A stretch of 64,000 nt of DNA. Origin: a virus. Location: positions 1-64,000 of IMG/VR virus record IMGVR_UViG_3300042991_000131, one strand, 5' to 3'. Below are positions 29,154 to 39,464 of the stretch, piece by piece. A program made the position numbers and the translations under genes. Numbering within the stretch: position 1 is the stretch's first letter; each line of letters opens with the position of its first letter. Under the pieces are notes generated by a model that was given only the letters and a program-made list of their open reading frames with translations, had not been told where the DNA came from and searched no databases.

Positions 29154-29680
29154 TGCTGCTCTGCAAAGTGCACAATCTGGTCACCGACCAGCGGTACGAG
29201 TTCCAGGCTGCCGACCAAGCCGAGATCGACGCTCGCCTGCTCCGCAAGGCGGCGACCTACGGGCGCGATGCGTGGACCGAGACGATCCCGGCTTGGACGC
29301 AGACCGGCGTTTGGTCAACCGACGAGCCGCCCGTGTTCGATCCCGAGGCGACCCTGGTGTGGCCTGAGCAGGTGATCGACCACCCGAGCGAGCGCACCGT
29401 CGAGGTAGTCGACCTTGCGCCGCAGGAGCAGGCTGCTGCCAAGCAAGCTGTAATCATGTTGATACAGGTGCGCTTAGACACGCTCGCACAGTCCTGGGGC
29501 TATGATGATATTAAGAGTGGTTGCACGTATGCAGGTGATCCGTATGCACGGTTCAATGCAGAAGGTACGGCTATGCGTAACTGGCGTTCAGCCACGTGGG
29601 CAGCAGTCGACCAGCATCAAGATGCTACAAGTGTTGAAGAGTTGTTCACTTTCTTACCGCCTATACCGGAGAGACCATGA
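29153..29680 (+). CDS. tail fibre assembly-like protein
   Basis: LDTLAQSWGYDDI...CTY...F.AEG...WRS..W domain, commonly found after fibre genes. Confidence 0.6.
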   Translation: MLLCKVHNLVTDQRYEFQAADQAEIDARLLRKAATYGRDAWTETIPAWTQTGVWSTDEPPVFDPEATLVWPEQVIDHPSERTVEVVDLAPQEQAAAKQAVIMLIQVRLDTLAQSWGYDDIKSGCTYAGDPYARFNAEGTAMRNWRSATWAAVDQHQDATSVEELFTFLPPIPERP

Positions 29681-30408
29681 GTAATCATTTGATACGCACG
29701 CTTATACTTGGTAGTAGTCCACTTATATGGATAGTGATTATATTTTTACTGGCCGGCTGTGGCATGCCTGAAACTGCCCGCTCTGCCAAACAGGCAGAGC
29801 AGGGTGTCGAGGCTATCGGTGAAATAATCACTGTTGCTGCACCATTCATTGACGAGATAGACGATGAAGCCCAGCGCGAGAAACTGCGCGAGGCTTTCAA
29901 GAAAGTAATTACATTAGTGCAGTCTGCTAGACTAAGCTTACAGCCGGTGTTAGCGTACCTAGGTGATGGCAAAGAGATTAAGGTTGAGACTACCGTGAAA
30001 GAGGCTGTTGCATCGCCAGAAGTATTCGCTACCAAGGCTGCACTGCAAGCTGGTAGGGCTGCTATTGAGGTTGAAGATAGATTAACCTGGACAGATATGT
30101 TCTTACAGTTCCTTGATCCGAGTGCTATAGAAGGCATAATCATGAACTTGAGTCTTCTGCTAACAGGTTCCGGTGCTGCTGGCTACGTTGCTATTCGCAT
30201 ATTCAAGACCATAAAGACTTATAAAGAAGCACTGATTGATCAGGTTATGTACACTAAGAAGACAAAAGAACTTGATGCTTCTGACCCTGATGATGCTAAA
30301 GAAATAGACAGAATTAAGGAACAGGAAGCTATGCGTCAGAAAGCACGTGGCACAAAGCCAATAATCGACGAAGCTTTACAGAAAGTCAAAGATGGCTCGC
30401 ACGCTTAG
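29677..30408 (+). CDS. lipoprotein with a second transmembrane helix (unimolecular-spanin-like topology)
   Basis: Lipobox LLAG-C28; hydrophobic IIMNLSLLLTGSGAAGYVAIRIF; charged tail. Confidence 0.5.
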   Translation: MSNHLIRTLILGSSPLIWIVIIFLLAGCGMPETARSAKQAEQGVEAIGEIITVAAPFIDEIDDEAQREKLREAFKKVITLVQSARLSLQPVLAYLGDGKEIKVETTVKEAVASPEVFATKAALQAGRAAIEVEDRLTWTDMFLQFLDPSAIEGIIMNLSLLLTGSGAAGYVAIRIFKTIKTYKEALIDQVMYTKKTKELDASDPDDAKEIDRIKEQEAMRQKARGTKPIIDEALQKVKDGSHA

Positions 30409-33400
30409 TGGTCCACTTACAACGAAGATAGGCCAGCAGTATGGCGCAGAGCCGCTAACGGTCGTCAAGATCGAGTGGCCTGCTGGTACACGTTACTACA
30501 GCGATAAGGCTTACACGTTCGGAGTGAACGTCTGTGAAGCCAAGATCCTGGATCTAGGTAATATCGTCTCTCAAGCTAGGACTGATGCTAGCTCTGAGGT
30601 TGGTTCGGCGTCGATCAGCTTGGACGATACTGATGCCACAATCAAGAACTCTGTTAATCGCGATCTGATGGCTGGTACCAAAGTTACGATCTATCAGACA
30701 TATAGCGGCCTAAGTGTAGCTGATAGCTTAATCGTGCTAGCTGGACGTATCAGTAATGATATAGCTTGGTCAGAGGGTCAGCGTACGATAGGCTTCACTG
30801 TCGATACGAGTTTCTATATCGGTGAACTAGGTCACGCTCCAAAGAAGGGCGATCTTGCTAATCTTAGTGTTGATGCCGAAGGTAAGCTCTGGCCAATAGT
30901 CTTTGGCTCTTGTCTCAATGTTCCTGCTGTCCAGATTTATAAGTCTGTCTATGGTGACTATCCGAATAGTGAGGCAATGAGCTTCACGCCTGGATCGACA
31001 TTCTACGTCTCTGGTGGCGAGAACTTCCCAAGCGGCTCCATTAAGATTAGGATGAAGCAGGGTGTATGCTTAGAGGGTAGTTTCACGGGTAATCTGTTCA
31101 CTGTTGCAACTAATAATGTTGCCTACCACACGAACCTTTCTATTGCGGCTCGTGTAGCCGATGCCGATGAACTTAATCCTAACGTTCTTTGGTTGACTGG
31201 CCAGCGGTATCTAGTTGGTCAATATTGCTATATTGATGATGGTGCCAATACAATGTCTAATCTCTGCACGTATCAAGAGGGTAAAAAATGCTGGTTCGCA
31301 AAGCCTTGGAAGGTGCTTGGTCAAAATACGCCTGTTGCACTGGCCACTGGTATAATCGACGAGACATCACACTTCTACCGCACAGCTTGGACAGTGCCAT
31401 TCACTGTTGAGATACTGGTCGGGTCAACCTGGACACCTGTTAACTACTATACAACTTGGAAAACTAGCTACGCGCATGATGTAGCACTGGTGACGACACA
31501 GATCCCAACTTATATAGTCAATTATGCGCCTAGCACGATTAAGAGTGTATATGCATATCGTACATATATGGGTAAGCGTACACTTGAGCAGGTGCCAACC
31601 TCTTACTATACTAAATATAATAGTACGACAATAGATGGCAAGACTGTTGCAGCCTTAGAGTTCCATAATGAGCTAACTGATTATGTTGATGAAGGCTGGG
31701 AACAAGATGTCTTCGTTTCATTAACATCTAGTCTCAGCGCGAATACAAGTGCTGTTATTGAATACCTGCTTGAGACATATACAGCTTTCACTGTTGATGG
31801 TACGTTCGCAACAGTTGCAACAAAGATTGCTAATTATCCGTCTAATTTCGCCGTGTTAAATCAGCAAGATGTACTTAGTCTGGTAGCCGATATTGCTTTC
31901 CAAGCACGTCTAGCCGTGCGCTTCGACGGCTCAGTTGCCAAACTGTATTACCTATCTGAGATACCTTCGACGATACGCAACTTTACAGATGATTATATTG
32001 CGCAAAAGTCTCTTGACTTCGGCTTCACATCTGTTGACGATATCGTTACGAAGTATACTGCTAAATGGCGTCCTAGCTACACTGCTAAAGATGCAGAGTA
32101 TGTCTACAAGAATAACATTGCCACGTTTGGTAACAAAGAAGATGAACGCGATTACTTCATCTACAATATTGAGTCGCTAGTAGTTCTCAGCGTCAACTTT
32201 TGGGGCAACAGATTATCTAACTCCTGGCGCACCTGTCGTCTAGGTTCTTTCTTATCGGCACTGGCCGTAGAGACATTTGACTGTGTTAGTGTTGCTACAA
32301 GCACACTCTCCGGTGCTGGTATCCGTGGCGAGGTTCTAGCTACTACACATGATACGATGAATGACTTGCTTAACTTCGATATCAAGCTAGCCTCTAAGAG
32401 CGGTGTCCATAGTTCTGGTGCGATCATTGAGGATACGACGTTCTTCACAGGTGGCGTGACTGGTGCTGAGCCAGCGCCTGCTGATCCAACGAACGGATTA
32501 GCTGAGCGCGATTATGTTGTCTATCATGAGCCAAAAGAAAATACTACTCCTGGTAACAAGGTCACGAAGTATATTAAGTTCACGGTCACGCCGGAACTTA
32601 TCGTCCGTGGCCAAGCTTTCAGCATAAGTGCTAAGATCATTAATCAAGATGAGTCAGTCTTCAACGTCAATGAGACATTTAACTTCACGGTATCTACTTC
32701 TGTCGGCAGTGAAACACCTAACATTGGTACGATAACATTTACAAATGGATTAGCAACTGTTAACCGTTCAGTGACTGGCGGCTCAACCGATACTGAAGCT
32801 GTGCTTAATATCGTTGGCAAGACTGTTGGCGATGTTACTTATCAAACTGCTCTCAGTGATGGCATACCTATAACGTCTGAGCCTACCTTAGCGTGGGGCA
32901 TTGATCACACGGCTGTGGCTCGTGGCTCTGATTTTACAGTAACTATAACTGGTGGACTGCCTTCGACTACATATACAATTACGCTTGATAGTCAAGATGC
33001 CAGCGAAGAGTTGTATAACGCGGCAACACCTGTAACATCTTTCACAACTGATGCGTCTGGTAATTATACAGCTACTTGGCATTTCGCTGATGGTGTTGAG
33101 GCTATCAATAGTGTCAACATTATTGCAACACATGCCGGACACGCGCAGTCTAGTCCTGAGTTCATAGTTATAGCAGGTGGCGGTGGAAAGAATGTAGCTT
33201 TCGTCGGTAAGATTATAAGCAAGAGCAGTGGTCTAATCTATAACGTTACTATCTATCCTGATTATCCTGCTTTGACACCAGCTTGGACTGCGACTGTTAC
33301 ACAGTTACAGGGTGACTCTGCACAAACTATACCTGCTAATACATGGGCCATAATTGCATCTAGGTTAAAAGATGGCTTCTCTGGTACTGCCACAACAGAC

Positions 33401-33436
33401 TTCGATCACTTCATGCAAGTACCGATCTGGCTATGA
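30392..33436 (+). CDS. tail tip / baseplate hub protein
   Basis: 1014 aa; GKLWPIVFG.C.NVPAVQ hub-like motif; Ig-like C-terminal region. Confidence 0.65.
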   Translation: MARTLSGPLTTKIGQQYGAEPLTVVKIEWPAGTRYYSDKAYTFGVNVCEAKILDLGNIVSQARTDASSEVGSASISLDDTDATIKNSVNRDLMAGTKVTIYQTYSGLSVADSLIVLAGRISNDIAWSEGQRTIGFTVDTSFYIGELGHAPKKGDLANLSVDAEGKLWPIVFGSCLNVPAVQIYKSVYGDYPNSEAMSFTPGSTFYVSGGENFPSGSIKIRMKQGVCLEGSFTGNLFTVATNNVAYHTNLSIAARVADADELNPNVLWLTGQRYLVGQYCYIDDGANTMSNLCTYQEGKKCWFAKPWKVLGQNTPVALATGIIDETSHFYRTAWTVPFTVEILVGSTWTPVNYYTTWKTSYAHDVALVTTQIPTYIVNYAPSTIKSVYAYRTYMGKRTLEQVPTSYYTKYNSTTIDGKTVAALEFHNELTDYVDEGWEQDVFVSLTSSLSANTSAVIEYLLETYTAFTVDGTFATVATKIANYPSNFAVLNQQDVLSLVADIAFQARLAVRFDGSVAKLYYLSEIPSTIRNFTDDYIAQKSLDFGFTSVDDIVTKYTAKWRPSYTAKDAEYVYKNNIATFGNKEDERDYFIYNIESLVVLSVNFWGNRLSNSWRTCRLGSFLSALAVETFDCVSVATSTLSGAGIRGEVLATTHDTMNDLLNFDIKLASKSGVHSSGAIIEDTTFFTGGVTGAEPAPADPTNGLAERDYVVYHEPKENTTPGNKVTKYIKFTVTPELIVRGQAFSISAKIINQDESVFNVNETFNFTVSTSVGSETPNIGTITFTNGLATVNRSVTGGSTDTEAVLNIVGKTVGDVTYQTALSDGIPITSEPTLAWGIDHTAVARGSDFTVTITGGLPSTTYTITLDSQDASEELYNAATPVTSFTTDASGNYTATWHFADGVEAINSVNIIATHAGHAQSSPEFIVIAGGGGKNVAFVGKIISKSSGLIYNVTIYPDYPALTPAWTATVTQLQGDSAQTIPANTWAIIASRLKDGFSGTATTDFDHFMQVPIWL

Positions 33437-34755
33437 CAATACTTAATTACGTCGGGCATGAAATGGGTACAACGTACCCTCGTCGTGAAGGTCTAAAACA
33501 AGGTCAGTTCATAAATAATACCGATAATAAGAAGCACGCTTTGTTTGTGCTTGGTATAACGTCGTTAGGTTATCAGAATGTGCCTTATGATGAAACAATG
33601 GATGGTTGGTTCTTAGACGAAGATGCTCCTAATTATAGTACAGGTGTTCTGCTATTATCCTGTGACGGGCCTCCAGAGGCACCTATAGATGTATCATGTG
33701 TGCAATACGCTACGGCTAATCCTATAACAAACGTTTCACAGTGCTGGAAAGACTTCATCTGGTTTGACTATGTTAGATCGTTCATAGCTAGCGGTGCTAG
33801 TGGCAGTACAACGAAAGCTACAAATGCTTTTGTTACAGATGACTATGAGAACGTCAATGAAGTAGACCCTGATTTATCAACACGTGGCATATTTGCCTAC
33901 ACTGCTGCCAGCACAGGATTACTATCGCTGGCAGCAATGACAAATTGGCTTATAGCAGTCCGTGGCACAGCTAGTAAAGCAACTTACGGTAATAATAAAT
34001 ATAACCGTGTTGACGGTACGTTAATATCTGTACCATTCAAGCTACCGGCTTATGTAAATAAATGGGGTTATAAAGGTGGACTTAATCAACTACTAGCTGG
34101 TGGTGCTACTGGTTGGAATAAAACAATACGCGTTGGTTATGTGTTAAAGATACAACCAGCAACAGCTTCATTTACCGGTGACGGTGCCAATAATAAATCA
34201 ATTGTAAGCGGAACATTAGAATATGGCATGGAAGCCAGTGTTATGGCTAAGTATACTACTGCTGTTGTAGGCAGTTCTATATCTTTTGAGCGCCTTGACA
34301 ATAATCCTCCATATACTGCATGCATACCTTATACTACATATACAATGTTACCAGTATCCTCACAGTGTGATTACATTATTAATGCAACGCTTACTATTAT
34401 AGACGATGCTTATAAAATGGTGCTTATGGTCACTAAGTTAAAGACTGTTATACCTGCTCCTGTTGCGCCATTATTCGCCGCAGTCGGTATGCATGGTACT
34501 ACATATTCTTGTGCATATTCTGCTGTTACACCGACCAAGATGACTGATATAGTTATTGAACAAGTTTTAATGAACACAAATAATATAATCTCATATAGCC
34601 TAGACGGCACTACTGGCGGCACTATTGACTTTAAGGTTAATGTTGATGTCGATGGAAAGATAACGCTGCTAGAAGTCAAAGCTACGCCAGGAACGACAGC
34701 AGTAGATGTTGGTACAGGTATCCACGATTACTTCGTACATTACCTAGGAAGCTAA
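33433..34755 (+). CDS. putative virion protein
   Basis: ATGA coupling; T/G/Y-rich; AT-richer DNA. Confidence 0.5.
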   Translation: MTILNYVGHEMGTTYPRREGLKQGQFINNTDNKKHALFVLGITSLGYQNVPYDETMDGWFLDEDAPNYSTGVLLLSCDGPPEAPIDVSCVQYATANPITNVSQCWKDFIWFDYVRSFIASGASGSTTKATNAFVTDDYENVNEVDPDLSTRGIFAYTAASTGLLSLAAMTNWLIAVRGTASKATYGNNKYNRVDGTLISVPFKLPAYVNKWGYKGGLNQLLAGGATGWNKTIRVGYVLKIQPATASFTGDGANNKSIVSGTLEYGMEASVMAKYTTAVVGSSISFERLDNNPPYTACIPYTTYTMLPVSSQCDYIINATLTIIDDAYKMVLMVTKLKTVIPAPVAPLFAAVGMHGTTYSCAYSAVTPTKMTDIVIEQVLMNTNNIISYSLDGTTGGTIDFKVNVDVDGKITLLEVKATPGTTAVDVGTGIHDYFVHYLGS

Positions 34756-34756
34756 C

Positions 34757-35881
34757 GTGGCTATTCTACACGACATAATAGTTGTTAAAGTTAGCATTAA
34801 GTTCAGTTCCACATTAGGCGATATATCTGTAGCCAGGAATGCTGATACGGCAGAGGATCTATGGCTTGATCTTGCTAACTCAACTGTGTTACCGTACGAG
34901 TTTGGCGGCACGTTATACTATTATGCAAGAGTCAGTAATCTTGCATTAACGCGTAACTCAGTAACACGACCTGCTGTTGTATTAGTAGCTTTCCATAGCC
35001 ATACTAGTCCAGTTGTTCCGACGCAGATTGAAGTAGCACAGACTTCAGCTACAAATGCTATTTGCTATCTATTGGACAGCGCCGATGCCAGAATTAAAAC
35101 TTATGGTACATTGTATGACGGCGAAGATCAAATATTTAGATATCAGGGCATGTACAATGCAGCAGTTGGTTGGAAGCTTAGACTGCCAACGCCACTGGTT
35201 TGGGATAAATCTAATTTAGCCATCTTGAAACGAGTGCCATCTGGCTATTCAGATCCGTCCAGCGGTAATCTTGAATATTTAGGCGGCCCATCGACACTGT
35301 GCGATATTACTGAATTAAATAGCTGGCTAGCTACTAACTTACCTGAATATGGTACTACACTTTCTATCTACGGTTATGCAATGTTTCAGCCATATGATTA
35401 CGTATCAGGTTGGCATATTTACGTGAACCATACTGGCCTACAGTTCAAGTTGCGTATCTCAAGTTCTGGTGGCAATAATATGACGTATAGTATTTCTGCC
35501 GTCGACTCTAGTGGTCGCTATGCTCGTAGAGTAGAAACAGGCGGGCCGTCATGTGGCGGTGGAAATGTGAATGCTGGCGATAACATTTGTGACGTAACAA
35601 CTAGCACTACTAGTCTAGGTGGCATAGGCTTAAGTGGCAAGCCATTAACTGGCGTCTATTCAGACGGCACAACTGGTAACTTGCCGCCTGCTGCTTCATT
35701 AACAGGCACAGCACGTTTCGGTTCAGCCTCAAATAATATCTACTCAACACTTACATTTACTCTAGGTGTTACAAATGGCAGGTACTCCAGCCTATCCTTA
35801 ACCGGCACTTGTGCTTGGTCTGCACTTGACGTAATAGATGGGTACGCAATAGTTCAAGGAGCAGGAGGGTCTAAAGTATGA
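34757..35881 (+). CDS. putative virion protein
   Basis: Operon context; S/T/G-rich. Confidence 0.5.
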   Translation: MAILHDIIVVKVSIKFSSTLGDISVARNADTAEDLWLDLANSTVLPYEFGGTLYYYARVSNLALTRNSVTRPAVVLVAFHSHTSPVVPTQIEVAQTSATNAICYLLDSADARIKTYGTLYDGEDQIFRYQGMYNAAVGWKLRLPTPLVWDKSNLAILKRVPSGYSDPSSGNLEYLGGPSTLCDITELNSWLATNLPEYGTTLSIYGYAMFQPYDYVSGWHIYVNHTGLQFKLRISSSGGNNMTYSISAVDSSGRYARRVETGGPSCGGGNVNAGDNICDVTTSTTSLGGIGLSGKPLTGVYSDGTTGNLPPAASLTGTARFGSASNNIYSTLTFTLGVTNGRYSSLSLTGTCAWSALDVIDGYAIVQGAGGSKV

Positions 35882-36921
35882 GAGTATTTCTTAATCCTCA
35901 TCCTAAGTTCGGAGTGTTCATAAGAGATTACTTATCGTTTGTGCATGCTTGGTACAAAGAGGGTGACGTTATCTGCTGTAAGAAAGAATGGGAATACTAT
36001 TTGCCAGGTCCATGTGAAGAGATAACAGATGCTGAGGCATGGACTAAATATGGTAAGAGTATAGCATATATTGGTAATGTCGATATCAAGCCTAGCATTG
36101 TAGTTTCTGATCCTATAGAATGTGACATAGTAATCTCACCTAGAGCTAAGTGTGGCGACCGTAAAGATAATTATGATTGGGCAGGTCTTGTCACAAAACT
36201 TAAAGCTGCTGGTAGACATGTTACAGTTATCGGGCACGAGAAACAGTCGCAAGAAGTTAAAGCAGATCAGTATAGCTGGAATATTGAGCGTGGTGATATA
36301 AGATTAATGGCTGGTGCTAAGATGGCAATTACACTTGACTCAGGCGTCGGGCATCTGGCCTCATTACTTAATACACCGCAACTAGTTATATATGAGAAAT
36401 CTGGCTATGAAAATGCTAATCTTGAACTTGAACCTGGCCTATATAGTCAGATGCGTTTTAATGATATGGCCGCTTGGAATGAGCGATTCGCAAAACCAGT
36501 CTATTCGCAGGATGAAATTATGGCCATAGTCAATAGTGAAATAATTTACGTAACTGATAAAGAACTTGAGTATCTTAAGGGCTTCAACGTCAGTAGCACA
36601 AAGTATAAAGCTGGCTCTGTTTTCCATTCTCCTAATGCTACGCTAATCATGCGTAGCGATGGTAACACTTATACTAAAACACCTGGCTTAATAAAGAAGG
36701 CATTTAATCTTACTGTTACGATAGCAGAAGCTACGGCAGGTGTAATAGCTGGTGACGATCTACTAGTGCCTGAGCTAGTGGCTAATCACAGAATGCAGCT
36801 CTGCAAGAGTTGCAGTTATCATGATGCTGAGGCTTTCTGTAGATCATGTGGTTGTATAACAGAAGCTAAGGTCAAGTTGACAAAAGCCAGATGCCCAATT
36901 GGGCTTTGGTCTAGTCTCTAG
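35878..36921 (+). CDS. GT9-like glycosyltransferase fused to a C-terminal Cys-rich (DUF6171-like) domain
   Basis: ITLDSGVGHLASLLNTP; R..LCKSC...C..CGC...AKV......CP.G.W. Confidence 0.65.
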   Translation: MRVFLNPHPKFGVFIRDYLSFVHAWYKEGDVICCKKEWEYYLPGPCEEITDAEAWTKYGKSIAYIGNVDIKPSIVVSDPIECDIVISPRAKCGDRKDNYDWAGLVTKLKAAGRHVTVIGHEKQSQEVKADQYSWNIERGDIRLMAGAKMAITLDSGVGHLASLLNTPQLVIYEKSGYENANLELEPGLYSQMRFNDMAAWNERFAKPVYSQDEIMAIVNSEIIYVTDKELEYLKGFNVSSTKYKAGSVFHSPNATLIMRSDGNTYTKTPGLIKKAFNLTVTIAEATAGVIAGDDLLVPELVANHRMQLCKSCSYHDAEAFCRSCGCITEAKVKLTKARCPIGLWSSL

Positions 36922-36927
36922 AAACGA

Positions 36928-36969
36928 AGAGGCCCAGGCAGGATTATCCTGCCTGGGCCTCTCTGTTTT
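36928..36969. terminator. terminator between convergent operons
   Basis: AGAGGCCCAGGCAGGA-TTA-TCCTGCCTGGGCCTCT. Confidence 0.8.
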
Positions 36970-37655
36970 CAGAATAGTCCGCCAGCCTTCAGTAGTCGCT
37001 TGTAGACTTCAGCAGTCTTCAAGCAATCGGCTAGCGCATCGTGAGCCTTGTCTCCGCCAATCCCGAGCGTGGTAGCTAGGTACTGCAAGTTAACCTTCGG
37101 GAAGGGTACCTTCTCAGCACGCATACCAGCGCGGTCATTCATGAACAGTGCGCTATTCATCGTATCACGATAGTGATAATGGAAATATTGATTGTACTGC
37201 TCAACACCGAGCCAGGCTTGAATAAAAGCCTTGTCGAAGCTGTAGTTCTGACCAAGCGGCATAATCTTGTTGCCATTGCCATACTTGTTGTTCTTGATGC
37301 CAAGCTTCTTGAACCAAGCCTCAAACATATCGGCAGCCTTATCGCGGTCGAAGCCGGTGTTCATGATGTTGGCCATGTCGAGCTTGTTAATCTCGATGGC
37401 CTTAGCATCTACGCGCTCGGGATAGTTGGGCTTCAAGTTCACATAGAAGGGCATCATGCCCTTTAGCGGATTGAAGTTGCTATCAAGGGCTATGACACAA
37501 ATCTGCACAATCTCGTGGAAGTTCGGATCCAGACCAGTTGTCTCAGTATCCATGACACAACACATGTTGTTGTTGAAATGTACCATAGCGTAATTGCCTG
37601 GATCGAAAGGCTCATTAGCTACTTCCTTGTCCAGATTAGTAATAGTATCTGCCAT
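36969..37655 (-). CDS. DEDDh 3'-5' exonuclease (DnaQ-like)
   Basis: MDTETTGL, QNYSFD, HDALAD. Confidence 0.9.
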   Translation of the reverse strand: MADTITNLDKEVANEPFDPGNYAMVHFNNNMCCVMDTETTGLDPNFHEIVQICVIALDSNFNPLKGMMPFYVNLKPNYPERVDAKAIEINKLDMANIMNTGFDRDKAADMFEAWFKKLGIKNNKYGNGNKIMPLGQNYSFDKAFIQAWLGVEQYNQYFHYHYRDTMNSALFMNDRAGMRAEKVPFPKVNLQYLATTLGIGGDKAHDALADCLKTAEVYKRLLKAGGLF

Positions 37656-37657
37656 GA

Positions 37658-38179
37658 CTATGTTCCTTCGTGAGCGTAGAGTGTGCGATTAACTATCTTT
37701 GACAGCTTCGGCCTTGATAGACCATACTTACTACATATCTCTTTGTTATTTATACCAGATCCATGCATCTTGCGAATGTTAACTATGTCCTCATCAGAAA
37801 ATCGTTGACGAGGATTGCCATCTTGAGACCATTTAATGCGTTGCGCCTTTGGAATATCGGTGAAGTTCGCGCTGTCATTACCTATCAGGATATTATCTGG
37901 AAGATTATTAAGCTTATTATTGTCCTTATGTCTGACGACAATCGCTTCAAGAAATATCTTATCTCCAAATTTCTGATAGGCTTGAAGCCTGTGCACAAAT
38001 ATATTAACCGATTTTGTCTCATACTGTATACAGAAAGTAAGATACTCGTTTCGTACACAACCATCCAGTATCTTGCCTACAGGATTAACTATCTTGCCAG
38101 TTGCACTAATCTTGTAGCCTTTCTTGGCTGCATAGATTAGTGCTCTATTAGCAAGTGTAGGAGTATCCAGAAACAACAC
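37658..38179 (-). CDS. HNH homing endonuclease with C-terminal HTH
   Basis: VHRLQA, VRHKDNNKLNN; AT-rich. Confidence 0.8.
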   Translation of the reverse strand: MLFLDTPTLANRALIYAAKKGYKISATGKIVNPVGKILDGCVRNEYLTFCIQYETKSVNIFVHRLQAYQKFGDKIFLEAIVVRHKDNNKLNNLPDNILIGNDSANFTDIPKAQRIKWSQDGNPRQRFSDEDIVNIRKMHGSGINNKEICSKYGLSRPKLSKIVNRTLYAHEGT

Positions 38180-38439
38180 TATTTCTTCCTTATCGGGATG
38201 AGTAGTGCGCGGACAACCTTGGTACCTTTATGCTTCCAGTACCTAGCTTGGCTTCTGGAACCGTAGACAACTATATGAGCTTCATCTGGTTGTTCTTCCA
38301 TCCAGCCTAACTTAGCACCGGACTTGACCAACTGGTCAATAGCAGTAATCTGATCAGCTAGTAGCTCAAGCTCCTTGCGCTTGTTGCGTGGTAGCTTGGC
38401 TGTCTGCCTAGTTATGAAGTTACCTTTTGACGTACTCAT
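38179..38439 (-). CDS. hypothetical protein
   Basis: Contiguous in the operon; ATG 38439. Confidence 0.5.
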   Translation of the reverse strand: MSTSKGNFITRQTAKLPRNKRKELELLADQITAIDQLVKSGAKLGWMEEQPDEAHIVVYGSRSQARYWKHKGTKVVRALLIPIRKK

Positions 38440-38599
38440 TGAGCGCCCTTTCAAGAGCTTGTTGGAGTTCAGCGGGATCATACTCTATAGGCATAACGCC
38501 GGCATTGACACTTATATGTATATCGTATATCTGGTCACGAAAGATGTAGCCCTTGGCTTCCTTCGTACTGTGCTGGACGAACATTCTTTCAATGAGCAT
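38420..38599 (-). CDS. hypothetical protein
   Basis: ATG 38599 after AAGGA; overlaps both neighbours. Confidence 0.5.
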   Translation of the reverse strand: MLIERMFVQHSTKEAKGYIFRDQIYDIHISVNAGVMPIEYDPAELQQALERALNEYVKR

Positions 38600-39464
38600 T
38601 GCTTTCCTTAATCCAGAGTTTCTCGGTGGCATCACCACGATTAGTGTCACCGTGGCTCTTGTTGTTCTCGTCAGTGAAGGCTAACGCCTTGGCTGTCGAT
38701 CTAACATCCCAATGGAATACCTTATCCCAGGGCTGCTTGTCGTACAGTGGATTAGGATATCCGCTGATAGCGACGAAGCCCTTGAGCGTAAATATCGTCT
38801 CGATGAGCTTCGTATGTTGCTCAATGCTCATTTCATATTCATACGTGCCGCGGAATGCATCTACATACGGCGGATCAAGGTAGAACACAGTATCGACGCT
38901 ATCATAGTCGCGCAGTATATTGCTCCAGTCAGCGTTCTCTATTTGGACTTGCTTGAACCGATCATGAATCTCAGGAAGCGACCTAAGACCATTCCTAATC
39001 TTTCCAGCAAGACTACCGTCACCGCCAGTAGAACGACCCCAATTACGACCAAGACTACCAAAGGAATAATTAACCATAGCGAACCAACGTCCAGCCCTTT
39101 CAACAGGATCCTTCTGATCTTGCCACGTATCCCGGTTTGCCAGGAACTCTTCCCGGCTATGTAGAGTATTGTCCAACCAAGCACAGAGACGATCAAAGAG
39201 AACGCGATCACGCATGCAACGATAGAAATCAGTAACGCCTGAATGTCGATCATTGAATACCTCTAGCTTGCTTTTGGGCCGATTAAGCGTGATAACTGCA
39301 CTGCCACCGAATACCTCTACCCAAACCTTGCGTACAGGCAGGTGCTCCATGATGTATTTCACGGAGCGGCTTTTACCACCTGGATAACTGAATGGTGCTT
39401 TGACGATTGTTTCGCGCTTCTCGGACTGTTCACTCTGTGCATCGAGGCTATCGAAAAGCGTCAT
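38589..39464 (-). CDS. DNA adenine methyltransferase, D12/Dam class
   Basis: YPGGKS, EVFGGS, FND, FYLDPPY. Confidence 0.92.
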   Translation of the reverse strand: MTLFDSLDAQSEQSEKRETIVKAPFSYPGGKSRSVKYIMEHLPVRKVWVEVFGGSAVITLNRPKSKLEVFNDRHSGVTDFYRCMRDRVLFDRLCAWLDNTLHSREEFLANRDTWQDQKDPVERAGRWFAMVNYSFGSLGRNWGRSTGGDGSLAGKIRNGLRSLPEIHDRFKQVQIENADWSNILRDYDSVDTVFYLDPPYVDAFRGTYEYEMSIEQHTKLIETIFTLKGFVAISGYPNPLYDKQPWDKVFHWDVRSTAKALAFTDENNKSHGDTNRGDATEKLWIKESNAH

